Shown here: positions 14,119-33,649 of the stretch, piece after piece
How the letters are laid out: every line of letters begins with the position of its first letter
Position numbering within the stretch: position 1 is the stretch's first letter
Assembly (NCBI GenBank): GCA_002269645.1
Contig: NIVC01003642.1
Span: 22,130 to 86,129 of the forward strand
From: Macrostomum lignano
Lineage: Eukaryota
Length of the DNA stretch: 64,000 nucleotides
Reading direction: 5' to 3'
Translations under genes and position numbers: made by a program
The notes under the pieces: generated by a model
Databases searched by the model: none
What the model was told of the DNA's origin: nothing
Seen by the model: only the letters and a program-made list of their open reading frames with translations

Positions 14119-15049
14119 CACGCGCATTCACCCCCTACACATGTATGCCACAGTGCAAGTATCAGCCGCATGGCAACCTGGCATAAGATTTTATTAGTTC
14201 CTCGGGACGGGCCGGCGGCTGCTACAATCGGGATGAGTCATCAATTCGGCGCTGAGTTTCGAGCTGAGTTTGAGGGGTGACTCACTGGAGCGCCGGGGCG
14301 AGAGAGAGAGCGAAATTACGGATTAACCGGTCGTCGCGGGATTAGCAATGCATATAAATGAAATTACTGGACTATAAATTACAGCAGCGCATTGGGGAAC
14401 GGCGATTTGGGAGGGAAGATGAGGCGGAGAGGCTGAGGAGCAATTGAAGGCCGCGCGGGGCGATGCAGATGGGGAGAATTCTGGCATACATGTACAGGAG
14501 CGAAGGCGCCGCTGCCCGAGCTAAGAAAATGACGCAATCAAAAACTTCATTCTGCAATCTCAATTGGAGTCTGGGGGAGACCGCAACAAGCTCCTAGGGA
14601 ATTTCGGGGATTCCAATTTGGTGTCTGGGGATCAAAAAGAGAGGCGGATCGCTGGCGGACTCGTGAGTTTCTTAGCTCAAAAATATTTCGGCCTCCGAGA
14701 GACCATGCCGCATCCCTTCTCCCCAGTTTTCCCATTTTTCTCTCGCCGTCGCTTTTATCCACCCTCGGGGATTATTTAAGGTCCCGCCGCCGCTCCTTTC
14801 CCCTTCGCCCCAGTTCCTTGGCAGCGAGCAGTACTCGGTGAGTCACCTCCCGCCGCTCCTAGATGCAATTTTTTGTTTGCAGCTTCTCAAACCGCGGCAG
14901 TCTTTTTGAAGACTGTCATGGCAAAGAGGCATAGCGGGCCTTGCGCCTGCTAGACTGATATGAAAACCAGGGCTTGAAAGCGCCAAGTCGGAAAAAGGAA
15001 AAGCACCACCGGTACTATGAAAACACAGAACTTCAAAAAGTTGCTTTTA

Positions 15050-15295
15050 CAAGCTCGAATTACCACTAGCTTAACTTACAACAAACTAGAATTACCACTA
15101 GCTTAACTTACAACAAGCTAGAATTACCACTAGCTTAACTTACAACAAACTAGAATTACAACAAGCTAGAACTACAACAAGCTAGAATTACAACAAGCTA
15201 GAATTACAACAAACTAGAACTACAACAAGCTAGAATTACAACAAGCTAGAATTACAACAAGCTAGAACTACAACAAGCTAGAACTACAACAAGCT
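15050..15295. repeat. 16-bp minisatellite (ACAACAAGCTAGAATT)n preceded by longer related units
   Basis: Direct tandem units. Confidence 0.9.
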
Positions 15296-15876
15296 CAAAA
15301 TCAGGTGATAGTTCAACTGATGAAGTGAAATTTGGCCTTCAAGTGGTCCTTGGGAATCGTTTTCTAGTCCGATTTTCCTGTGTAAGACTCGCTATTTTTA
15401 CCACGGAATAGCCGCGGTTTTCCCGCGAAAAAATCCTTATAGTATTATTTATGGCTGGCTATTTCCTCCTGTCCCTCCAATCAGAAAGGGCTTTGAGTTG
15501 AGGGTGCTACTGAGTTTATGCGCTAGCAGTTCCTTAGCCTCGAACACAAGAAATTATCCCATATTCCCACTGTTCAATGGCCATTTAGTGCTGCAGTTGC
15601 TGTTACGTAAGCCATGCGCAACGCTTTGGGTCCAAGCCGGCCTTGACCTGACCGAGGTTCATCGAACCGCAAACACTGCCCTGCTGCCCTGGATTGGGAG
15701 ATAGGAATAGGGATTATTGAAGACCAAAAGCTGCGGCTGAAGACGGACGGCCAGACTTGGTGCAACACTTGACTAATGGATGAGGAGGAGCTGTGTTGCT
15801 TTAAAGCTGCCCCATCACCTGCCAGGGATAGTAAATTAATAATTGGTTGAAGTGGTGGGAAAATGAGTTGGAAAAT

Positions 15877-16290
15877 AGAATGGATTGTTAATCTAGCCAA
15901 AACCCACGGAGGAATAGAATGGATTGCTAATCTAGCCAACATCAATATGAAGATATAGAATGGATTGCTAATCTAGCCAACATCAATATGAAGATATAGA
16001 ATGGATTGCTAATCTAGCCAACATCAATATGAAGATATAGAATGGATTGCTAATCTAGCCAACTTCAATATGAAGATATAGAATGGATTGCTAATCTAGC
16101 CAACTTCAATATGAAGATATAAAATGGATTGCTAATCTAGCCAACATCAATATGAAGATATAGAATGGATTGCTAATCTAGCCAACATCAATATGAAGAT
16201 ATATAATGGATTGCTAATCTAGCCAACATCAATATGAAGATATATAATGGATTGCTAATCTAGCCAACATCAATATGAAGATACGAGCTA
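15877..16290. repeat. 41-bp minisatellite (AATGGATTGCTAATCTAGCCAACATCAATATGAAGATATAG)n
   Basis: Direct tandem units; shares a core of about 22 bp with the array at 9219-9530. Confidence 0.94.
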
Positions 16291-17014
16291 TATAATGGAT
16301 TGCAAATCTGCTGACCTCACAGCTTTACATGTAAATAAAAGGTATCTAAATTTGGGAAACTCCTCGTTGAATTTTCACCGCAACTGTTTGCAAAGCTCGT
16401 GCCGCACACGATCAACAAAAACTGCTGCGCATCCATGCTTTCGGATCTGCTTTCAAAGAAAACGCAAAGCAGAAAAATTCTGCCCCTCGTATTTCGCGTG
16501 GGTGTCCGACGGAGTCAACTCCTCCACCAGCCACCGCTCCCGGTGAAATCTTCTGCTTCAGCCCTCTGCACTTGCTAATTCCATTACTGACACGCTGGGC
16601 TGCGCAAAGGCAGGTCATTAGTCGGTCGGAGGTTTTCGGGTCTGCATTTTCCTAGAAACAGCTATGCTAGAAAAGAAATAATGCAGTGTAGAGGATGGCG
16701 GAGCCACTTTGCATCGCTGGCCGCCTACACAGCTGATGCTTTAGCATGCGCGAGCTATTCTACACCAGATGTTGCAGTCAAGAATTTATCTATTCTAACG
16801 GTTTTAATAGATCTTCACTCATGGTCCCGAGCTCGAAACCTTCAGTTCATTCTGGCGCCATCATGCAGACTGATGTCAATCTAAACTGTCGAAAATATCG
16901 TCGAAATTTCGAGGTGCTAACTTTGAAAGCCTTGAAGCTATTGCTGTTCGATCCAAGGACTGGGGGTCGCCACACACACCCTTAATTACCCCAGCTAATG
17001 CTGGCAATTGTTCC

Positions 17015-17086
17015 AGTCGAATCGGGAATCGAACCCCCGACCTTCAAGCCGGAAGTCCGACACTCTAACCACTAGGCTACAAGCCC
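17015..17086 (-). mobile_element. tRNA-derived SINE head or tRNA pseudogene
   Basis: Minus strand reads GGGCTTGTAGCCTAGTGGTTAGAGTGTCGGACTTCCGGCTTGAAGGTCGGGGGTTCGATTCCCGATTCGACT. It has the pol III A box (TAGCCTAGTGG) and B box (GGTTCGATTCC) at tRNA spacing, but the acceptor and anticodon stems do not pair, so it is not a functional tRNA. Confidence 0.7.
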
Positions 17087-17979
17087 ACTGAGGCTCCAAA
17101 AAGACGTCAGAGAATCAATCAGAATTATATTCGTTTCCATGACAACCCCTAAGCGTGCTGGGTTAACCTGGGCTATTCACGAAGCCCTATTAGACTCTGT
17201 TGACCATTAAGTTCGCCGCGAGCTCCCCATTGGCTGATGTGGGCGCAGCCAGTGCTTGGCACGGCATGGCTGGCTGCACTGCAGGCTTGCGTGGGCCTCG
17301 CGCAGCCCCCACCGCCGCCATCTTTTATCTTTAAAACGGCGGAGCGGGCAGCCGGCTTTATACAAGAAGGAGCGGCTTATCTGAAGGCTGAGGCAATACG
17401 CGATAAAATGCTGCACCAGCAGCAGCAGCAGCCACACATTCTGGAGACCTGAATGAGGCGTCTTAGCATCATTTAGCCTACTAGCTACTGATCTGAAAGA
17501 CACTAGAGTCAGCTTCCGTGTCTACAGGCGCGCGCGCAAGGAGGCGGAGCAGGAACAGACACGTTGGAGTCGGGTAGGTGTACATATGCTACAAAATGTC
17601 AAGCCAACTGTTTGGTTAATTAATGTTGCAGCATGCTATGAGGTCAATCCGTCTGGACCAGCTAGGTAGATAGGATAGATAGACAGCTCTCTGTCAGTTT
17701 GCCGTGAACTCGGGATAGAGTGAGAGTGGCTGCTTACCGTACCCTGTGGCAACTTCATTATGCAGGAATATCCTTAGCTCTTATTCGCCGTCAGTGGGAG
17801 AGTCCGAGATGGCGGCAATCAGTCTGAGCTGTCAGACTGTCGCGTGTGCAGCGATGGAGAGCGGAGAGACAGGAGAGAGAAATCAGGCAGAGAAAGGCGG
17901 TGATGAAGACAGATGATACTGGGAAGTGGATAGCGTGCCAAGTAAAGACTTTCATCACCGGATCTAGACACTGGCACTT

Positions 17980-18850
17980 TATGACTGACTGTGTGCTACT
18001 ATGTGTGTCTATTTGAAGCTAGCTATAGTCTATGGCTGACTGTGTGGGACTGTGTGTGTGTCTATTTGGAGCTAGCTATAGGCTATGGCTGACTGTGTGG
18101 GACTGTGTGTGTGTGTCTATTTGGAGCTAGCTATAGGCTATGGCTGACTGTGTGGGACTGTGTGTGTGTCTATTTGGAGCTAGCTATAGTCTATGACCGA
18201 CTGTGTGGGACTGTGTGTGTGTCTATTTGGAGCTAGCTATAGGCTATGGCTGACTGTGTGGAACTGTGTGTGTGTCTATTTGGAGCTAGCTATAGTCTAT
18301 GACCGACTGTGTGGAACTGTGTGTGTGTCTATTTGGAGCTAGCTATAGTCTATGGCTGACTGTATGGGACTGTGTGTGTGTGTGTCTACTTGGAGCTGGC
18401 TATAGTCTATGGCTGACTGTGTGGGACTGTGTGTGTGTCTATTTGGAGCTAGCTATAGGCTATGGCTGACTGTGTGGGACTGTGTGTGTGTGCCGATTTG
18501 GAGCTAGCTATAGGCTATGACTGACTGTGTGGGACTGTGTGTGTGTCTATTTGGGGCTAGCTATAGGCTATGGCTGACTGTATGGGACTGTGTGTGTGTG
18601 TGTCTATTTGTGGCTAGCTATAGTCTATGGCTGACTGTGTGGGACTGTGTGTGTGTGTGTGTCTATTTGGAGCTAGCTATAAGTCTATGGCTGACTGTAT
18701 GGGACTGTGTGTGTGTCTATTTGGGGCTAGCTATAGGCTATGGCTGACTGTGTGGAACTTTGTGTGTGTGTTTATTTGGGGCTAGCTTAGTCTATGGCTG
18801 ACTGTAAAGGACTTATGTGCCTATTTGGAGCTGGCTATAGTTTATGGCTG
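17980..18850. repeat. Minisatellite of about 53 bp (CTGACTGTGTGGGACTGTGTGTGTGTCTATTTGGAGCTAGCTATAGGCTATGG)n
   Basis: Direct tandem units with a variable internal (GT)n. Confidence 0.95.
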
Positions 18851-19584
18851 ACTTGCCCAGATTGAAAAAAAATCACTCCACAGATTGACAGAAGTCGGGA
18901 GAAAGATACACGGGGGGAGAGATGTGTCCTGTCTCCTGCGGGATTGGTCTCCAATATTCGTGAAATGTAAGAAGCGACAGTGTCTGGCGACTGGGTCAGC
19001 GCCTGTTTTACAGCCGCCCAGGCAACGATACGGGCTCGAATATCTATCCATCTTCCGCCTTTGCCTTTTAGTTGCTTCTCTTCTTCCAGCGTGTCTGGGA
19101 GGCCGCTCCCCCTCATTTGCCTGTAGTCTCTTCTAGGAGGGATCCTATAAAAGAGAGGGTCGAAGCAGAGGAGGGCTCGGGCAGAGTCAGGAGGGGAGGA
19201 GAAGCGAATTACGCCAGCCGGAAAGTAAAAGTGCAGACAGTCGGTTCATAGGGGGGGGGCGCGCACACATATGGCAGTAGTATGCACCAGTGAAACCACC
19301 CCCCCCCTCTCATGCATTTATTTATTTGCCCATTTCTCTGGGGAATTCGGAATGGAATATTTTCCTGAAATTCGCTTTTTGGTACGAGGATAAGAGCGGT
19401 TTTGAATTTAAGCCGGAAGAAAGGCAGCCTTATTACAAGGAATATTGCAATAACTATAGCAATGTACTATGTAACTTTAAGCATGAAATCTGGTTCTAGA
19501 AGCAAACTATTAATTTTAAAGGGCATTCTTCTTACAGTTATGAGTCAAAAAATGAATCCCGTCTGTTTTTGATGGGTTATTTGA

Positions 19585-20470
19585 TTTACTCAGTGTGTGT
19601 TTGATAAGAGCTTGATTCACCCACTGTGTGTTTGATAAGAGCTTGATTCACTCAGTGTGTGTTTGATAAGAGCTTGATTCACCCACTGTGTGTTTGATAA
19701 GAGCTTGATTCACTCAGTGTGTGTTTGATAAGAGCTTGATTCACACAGTGTGTGTTTGATAAGAGCTTGATTCACCCACTGTGTGTTTGATAAGAGCTTG
19801 ATTCACCCACTGTGTGTTTGATAAGAGCTTGATTCACACAGTGTGTGTTTGATAAGAGCTTGATTCACCCACTGTGTGTTTGATAAGAGCTTGATTCACC
19901 CACTGTGTGTTTGATAAGAGCTTGATTCACTCAGTGTGTGTTTGATAAGAGCTTGATTCACCCACTGTGTGTTTGATAAGAGCTTGATTCACTCAGTGTG
20001 TGTTTGATAAGAGCTTGATTCACTCAGTGTGTGTTTGATAAGAGCTTGATTCACCCACTGTGTGTTTGATAAGAGCTTGATTCACTCAGTGTGTGTTTGA
20101 TAAGAGCTTGATTCACCCACTGTGTGTTTGATAAGAGCTTGATTCACCCACTGTGTGTTTGATAAGAGCTTGATTCACTCAGTGTGTGTTTGATAAGAGC
20201 TTGATTCACCCACTGTGTGTTTGATAAGAGCTTGATTCACCCACTGTGTGTTTGATAAGAGCTTGATTCACCCACTGTGTGTTTGATAAGAGCTTGATTC
20301 ACCCACTGTGTGTTTGATAAGAGCTTGATTCACCCACTGTGTGTTTGATAAGAGCTTGATTCACCCACTGTGTGTTTGATAAGAGCTTGATTCACCCACT
20401 GTGTGTTTGATAAGAGCTTGATTCACCCACTGTGTGTTTGATAAGAGCTTGATTCACCCACTGTGTTTGA
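19585..20470. repeat. 31-bp minisatellite (TGTGTGTTTGATAAGAGCTTGATTCAC[CCAC/TCAG])n
   Basis: Direct tandem units with two alternating variants. Confidence 0.97.
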
Positions 20471-21039
20471 TATGATATAAAGCCACTAATATTTGTGGAC
20501 AATTCACACATTTAGATGACTTACACTAACTATTTTTGCCAGGAGTTCTTAATATTAGTCTGGAATTAGGCATAGGCCTTGCTGTGTTGCCTGTCTTCAT
20601 GCACAGCTCCTATAGTGCGCGCCCCCTGCCTATCTGTGTGTTTGTTTGAACAGTGAGGCCACACATTGATAGCACCGTTATGCTTACAAAATGAGCAGAC
20701 AATATCTGCTGATGGTAGCTTTGCCTGCCTCTTAGATTCTATCGGTATTCAGCTTTCGCCAAGTTTAGCTACAATTTATCAATCTGTGTAGCTAGCCTGT
20801 GTCTTCCGTATGATTACCATCTAAGAAGATGCATCCAAGAAGATATTAAATTAGCTGGCTATCTAGTTCCAAACAGACAGGCGCGAAAAAATTCATTTAA
20901 CAAGCTGTGGCTTGCATGTGCGGTGCTTCATTCATTTCGGCTGAACTGTTCAACCTGGACCAGGGGGTCCGCAAACTCCGGCCCTCGGGTCCTTTGAAAC
21001 TTCACAATCCGGGCCGCTTAGGGTTTGTCTCTTCTCAGC

Positions 21040-21745
<706 letters not shown>

Positions 21746-22159
21746 TCTTATCTGGCCCTTGAGGCAGCCCCCTGACTTTAGACGCATTTCTACATGCAAG
21801 CCAGATTAAAAAGAAGATAACTGTCCCAGTTTGAATGTTATTAATCATAATTTTAGCTTTTCTTCATGCAGGCTTCAGCTTGTATAAGAGTACAATAAGA
21901 ACAACTTGATAGGCTGTCTGCTTTCTTTCCCGTCTGGCTTCCTGTCTGGCTTCTGGCAGGAAAATTTCTGCTTCAAGTTCAACTGTTGCTTTGAAAAAAA
22001 GGGTGCCGCCAGAAAAAAACTCGCATCTGGCGGCGGCATTAGCGATTGAAGTACACGAGCCATTTTATTTCTAGGAAAGTCTTCACTGCCGCTTCTCAGT
22101 GCATGACTCGCTCTGTCTATCATTCTGCTGGAATAGACATCGTGCCGATCGCAGTCTCC

Positions 22160-22300
22160 CATGCCGCTTGCTGGCCATCAGGGCCAGCCCCCAAGGCACA
22201 GAGAGTGTACATGCCTGACGATTGGACAGTCAGGGCCGCTGTACACCCTGTGTGAGCGTGTCTGAGTACAGTATTGGCGCGCCTGCATATGCTCAGGAGT
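22160..22300 (+). repeat. Copy B of the unclassified dispersed repeat
   Basis: Aligns by eye with the reverse complement of 615-772 and with 58020-58120. Confidence 0.8.
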
Positions 22301-22957
22301 CAGAGGAACGGGCAGAACTGCCGTCAGAGCTGGTTGCATGAAAAGGAGTTGGCTAGTAGTGAGGGTCGGGTCAGGAAGACCAGTTGAAATGCAGTCCGCA
22401 GTTCAGGAAGGAGCGGATTAATCAGTGAATTAGGCAGTAGCTGTGAATCCCAGTTGGCCAGAAGTGGCTCAAGCTTAAGGTCTGAGTGGATGGGGAATCC
22501 TCGCTCAAAGAAATCCTCAAGTGTCCCATTGAGCACTGCGGGCCTTGATCGGAATTGGGAAGCGGGAGAGAGCCGCTTGGTGATTAATGACAGGGAATTT
22601 ATTCTCTAAGATTGCCCGCCGTTGTGCAGATGAGGCTGGAGCGGCAACCGAAAAAAGGAGTGCCTGCTGTCAGTGGGAAATGGGAGAATTCAATTTGGGA
22701 ATCTTAATCCAGCATCTTGCACTCAATACTTTCTTCATCTGTCGACCTGCTAAAACAGACCATACTTGATGGGGTCTTCGGGCCCGCAGCCATGTCCGTT
22801 CCGCTGATCCCTGAGCAAGAGCTCACACAGGGTGCACAGCAGCCGTTAATCGCTGAGCTGGATAACACTTGAATGCTGATTTTTATTACCTTTATGGTTT
22901 GCTTATGAGCCGTCATAATCTAGCGATCACGTGACCTGTGCGCGCACTGATTGGCAG

Positions 22958-28935
<5,978 letters not shown>

Positions 28936-29019
28936 ACATGATGGCTTTACAGCATTACACTGTCACTTGCTGCTCAGTGGATACATACCACCCTTGGGGT
29001 CATTCTATGGCCTCCATTT

Positions 29020-29995
29020 GGACTCTTTAATGGACACATCCCTTGGGTACTTTAATGGACACATCCCTTGGGTACTTTAATGGACACATCCCTTAGGTAC
29101 TTTAATGGACACATCCCTTGGGTACTTTAATGGACACATCCCTTCGGTACTTTAATGGACACATCCCTTGGGTACTTTAATGGACACATCCCTTGGGTAC
29201 TTTAATGAACACATCCCTTGGGTACTTTAATGGACACATCCCTTGGGTACTTTAATGGACACATCCCTTAGATTCTTTAATGGACACATCCCTTGGATAC
29301 TTTAATGGACACATCCCTTAGATTCTTTAATGGACACATCCCTTGGATACTTTGATGGACACATCCCTTGGATACTTTGATGGACACATCCCTTGGGTAC
29401 TTTGATGGAAACATCCCTTGGGTACTTTAATGGACACATCCCTTGGGTACTTTAATGGACACATCCCTTAGATTCTTTGATGGACACATCCCATGGGTAC
29501 TTTGGTGGAAACATCATCCCTTGGGTACTTTGATGGACACATCCCTTGGATACTTTGATGGACACATCCCTTGGGTACTTTGATGGAAAAATCCCTTAGA
29601 TTCTTTAATGGACACATCCCTTGGGTACTTCGGTGGACACATCCCTTGGGTACTTTGGTGGACACATCCCTTGGGTACTTCGGTGGACACATCATCCCTT
29701 GGATACTTTGATGGACACATCCCATGGGTACTTTGGTGGAAACATCATCCCTTGGGTACTTTGATGGACACATCCCTTGGATACTTTGGTGGACACATCC
29801 CTTGGGTACTTTGGTGGACACATCTCTTAGGTCCTATGGACACATCGCTTAGGTCATATGGAAATATCGCTTGTGTCCTATGGACACACCCCTTGGGTCA
29901 TATGGACACATCCCTTAGGCCCTATGGACACATCCTTTAGGTTATATGAACACATCCCTTGGGCCCTATGGACACATCCCTATGGGCACATTACT
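29020..29995. repeat. 25-bp minisatellite (GGACACATCCCTTGGGTACTTTAAT)n with a divergence gradient
   Basis: Direct tandem units, progressively diverged toward the 3' end. Confidence 0.96.
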
Positions 29996-30689
29996 TAGGT
30001 CAATAGACACGCCCCCGGAACCTGCAGCGGACACATCCTTTGAGTCGTTCTCTAGGCGCAAACCCACCTGCAAGGTAACTGCTCCCAAAACTCGCTAGAC
30101 CAATCAAGGTTCAATACAAAACCGCTAACTTCGCCGCTTTCAAGTGTCAGAACTGCAATGCTCTCAAGTGTACACGACTGTAACAGTTTTTTTATTCTGT
30201 TCCACATGTTACAGTTTATGCTTAGCCACTAAAGCCAATAAATCAAACTTAGCCAGTGTATTAGTAAATATTATTAACAATAGATGCTGATTTAGTCACC
30301 ATTAAGTAGCCTGCGTTGCCGATTGATTGCTATCAATGTTTTTCATTTCTAAAGTACATTTCTAAAAATTGATGCTCTGGCCATTTTTCATTCATTGCGG
30401 TTGCCCGTCGCAATTTTACAGTCGGGATCGTTGTGTCCGGGTGCGACGCAATTATTTTATCCCTCGGGAGTTGCGTGACTGCTGGGAATCTCCCCCTGTC
30501 TTTTAACTTCTCGAATATTTTGGCAGAGAGAGGCTGCGCTATTGCTAAGCCATCAAGTAATTGCCCAGCAACAAAAAAAATTCCAGCGTGTTTAACTGAG
30601 AGGAAAAAGCAGCCGACACTGTGCGGCAAATGCTGGAATGTGGGCTGTGTTGACTACGCATAAAAGTTGAAAGCTTGTAGTATGGGTTT

Positions 30690-31365
30690 TTGTGCTTGTG
30701 GGAGTTGGGGCTATGCTTGTGGGGGTTGGGGCTGTGCTTGTGGGGGTTGGGGCTGTGCTTGTGGGAGTTGGGGCTGTCCTTGTGGGGGTTGGGGCTGTGC
30801 TTGTGGGAGTTGGGGCTGTGCTTGTGGGGGTTGGGACTGTGCTTGTGGGTTTGGGGCTGTGCTTGTGGGGGTTGGGGCTATGCTTGTGGGGTTGGGGCTG
30901 TGCTTGTGGGGGTTGGGGCTGTGCTTGTGGGAGTTGGGGCTGTGCTTGTGGGGTTGGGGCTGTGCTTGTGGGAGTTGGGGCTGTGCTTGTGGGGGTTGGG
31001 GCTGTGCTTGTGGGAGTTGGGGCTGTGCTTGTGGGGGTTGGGGCTGTGCTTGTGGGGGTTGGGGCTGTGCTTGTGGGGGTTGGGGCTGTGCTTGTGGGGT
31101 TGGGGCTGTGCTTGTGGGGTTGGGGCTGTGCTTGTGGGGTTGGGGCTGTGCTTTGTGGGGGTTGGGGCTGTGCTTGTGGGGGTTGGGGCTGTGCTTGTGG
31201 GGGTTGGGGCTGTGCTTGTGGGGGTTGGGGCTGTGCTTGTGGGGTTGGGGCTGTGCTTGTGGGGGTTGGGGCTGTGCTTGTGGGGGTTGGGGCTGTGCTT
31301 GTGGGGGTTGGGGCTGTGCTTGTGGGGGTTGGGGCTGTGCTTGTGGGAGTTGGGGCTGTGCTTGT
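30690..31365. repeat. 21-bp G-rich minisatellite (GGGGCTGTGCTTGTGGGGGTT)n
   Basis: Direct tandem units. Confidence 0.96.
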
Positions 31366-32179
31366 AAGTTCTCAGGAACTGGACTTGCTTTGGGAACCGT
31401 GTTTGGAGTCTGTGTTGAAGGTCTTTGTTAAAGGGGTCTTTTCGAGTAGGGCTTAATGTGCTGCGATTTTTTGAATCTCTAAAGCCTGAGGAAAAAACGG
31501 TAAATTCATCCGATCAGTACCTGCCGAGCCACTAGTGCCGGCCTGCAGCAATAGTCCAACAAAGTTTGTCTTTTAGCCAGCCAAGCACGCATGCCGGCTA
31601 GGTAGAGGGCTCGGATTCCTGATCCGCTAGTATACCAGCGGGGATTAATATATGGGATATTCCGGGCGGCTGTCACGCTCTCGATGTCTCCTCGGAAACT
31701 TCGTATTCAATCTTTTCCGCTCCCTGTCTGTCTCTCCCTCTCAGTCCTGCACAGCTGGTACCGTATCGCTAGATGGATGCGACTGATCAAGGACTCCTAA
31801 GTGACATACAGTCTGGACTGGAAGCCAAAACGACAACTAAAAGAAATTATAAAATAGCCGTTAGACACCGCGGTCAAAGGCTTAATTTTATTGTATGCAT
31901 TTTATTTTCAGTTCGGCTACGGTTCTCTGGAACATGGTCATTGATGATCAAGAAGTATGATGATGATAAATCCTGACCCGATCCTCAAGGTCCCTCACCC
32001 CTTTTGACGGCCTTCTTCTACCTCTCGCCCCATTGGACATCTTTGTCCGCGGCGAGGCAGCCAAAACGTGTGCCTTTAAGATTTGAAGGACAGCGGCACT
32101 CCCTCTGTCCTTTCGGACACAGAACCGCACTTCCTGAATCTCTACCAACGCTTCAAGGTCCTTATCCCCTCCAGGGAGA

Positions 32180-32470
32180 ACGCTCACGACAAGTGGACCC
32201 ACAGGAGGTCCACTGTTTCACGGATGGATCCTCCAAAGATGGACATCGTTAGTGTGCATCCTTATCAGCGGACGCGTGATCTCTAGCGTCTTCCAGAATG
32301 AAGTGTCCTCGCCATCAGCTCCTGCGTTGCAGAAGATAATCTTCTTCCACTCTGACGGCCAGGCTGTCAGACCAGCGCGCCGACTCTCTTGCACTTGGAT
32401 CCAGGTTATTTCTCAGCCCCGTGACCCTGACCTCTATCTCTGCCATGGTGTCGCTAATCGCCAGATGGGA
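32180..32470 (+). mobile_element. Degenerate retroelement RNase H fragment (probably non-LTR)
   Basis: CFTDGSSKDG at 32214, then in another frame SSVFQNE at about 32285 and IIFFHSDGQA at about 32335. These resemble the RNase H motifs (F/Y)TDGS, SVFQAE and SDSQA in the expected order, but are interrupted by a stop and a frameshift. Confidence 0.55.
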
Positions 32471-32514
32471 CGACTTCCCAACTGCCTTCAATCATGAGCG
32501 GCAGGGAGCTCCAG

Positions 32515-32680
32515 TGCTGAGCTAGAGGGCTGTGCTGAGGGATGTGCTGAGGGGGATGTGCTGAGGGATGTGCTAAGGGGGCTGTGCTGACGGGGCTGTG
32601 CTGACGGGGCTGTGCTGAGGGGGCTGTGCTGAGGGGGCTGTGCTGAGGGGGGGGCACTGTGCTGTGCTGGGCGGTGCTAG
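32515..32680. repeat. Short minisatellite (GGGCTGTGCTGA[G/C])n
   Basis: Direct units sharing GGGCTGTGCT with the 30690-31365 array. Confidence 0.85.
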
Positions 32681-32880
32681 GTGCACTGAGTCCAGTTGCG
32701 TTCATCCCAGTAGACTAAGAAGTTTATCCTAGCTCCAATTCTAATTCGTTGCTTCCATCCAGTCCAGTCCAGATTCTAAGAAAGCATTTTTAGCCGTCCA
32801 TGAGCGGACCTAAAGCACGGCGTAGAGCCTTTTTGCACACACTTTCCGATCAAATGTGCAGAGCGAAAATGTGATGTCAG

Positions 32881-33109
<229 letters not shown>

Positions 33110-33649
33110 GGAAATACATCGAAACACAATAACCCCAGTTGGGTTAAAAGTTCATTCCATAAGAAATAGAATTATTTCTCTCCTTATTTATTCTCCCAGG
33201 GGAGGAATGGCAGGCGGAGTGGCCGACCTAATGCACGCCTAGCGAGTGTAGCGTATATCCGGTATTCTGGGCCTCAGATAACTGCGGCTGGAAACCCAGC
33301 AGAGAGAGAGAGAGAGAGCCGTGTTGGATATCCAAACTAACTGAGGGAAAAATTTCCCCAATCCTTGGGGCTGTAGGATCCGCTCACTGCGTGACTGGAG
33401 GCCAATGTGCAGCAGATGGGATCTGCCTTTGATCCGACGATAGCAGGTGCGAATAACTCGCTTCGGGCTTCTTTAACTAGCCACTGTGGGACAGTGGGCT
33501 TAGCCTTTGACAGCCTCGTTTTCTGACCTTGTTTTTGGTCAGTTTCTTTGACCTTTTTTCTCGTCATCCTGTCTTCTTCGGCTGAAGATTGAAGGCTTGA
33601 GTGAGGCGCGCGATTTCTTGCTCTAATTGAACCAGTTTCTTTGTGGATA

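Noticed and set aside
17015-17086. Functional tRNA gene
   Set aside because: A and B boxes are present, but the acceptor and anticodon stems do not base-pair, so it was called a SINE head or pseudogene.
19585-20470. CRISPR-like or RSS-like array (contains CACTGTG, the reverse complement of the RSS heptamer CACAGTG)
   Set aside because: There are no unique spacers, no nonamer at 12 or 23 bp, and no cas or RAG/Transib gene. It is a plain 31-bp minisatellite.
22200-22260. Hammerhead ribozyme (CTGACGA core-like word in the dispersed repeat)
   Set aside because: No stem II followed by GAAA and no NUH cleavage triplet geometry.
21875-22916. Short ORFs upstream of APC as its missing first exon(s)
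   Set aside because: None resembles the APC N-terminal coiled coil, and no convincing phase-2 donor could be assigned.
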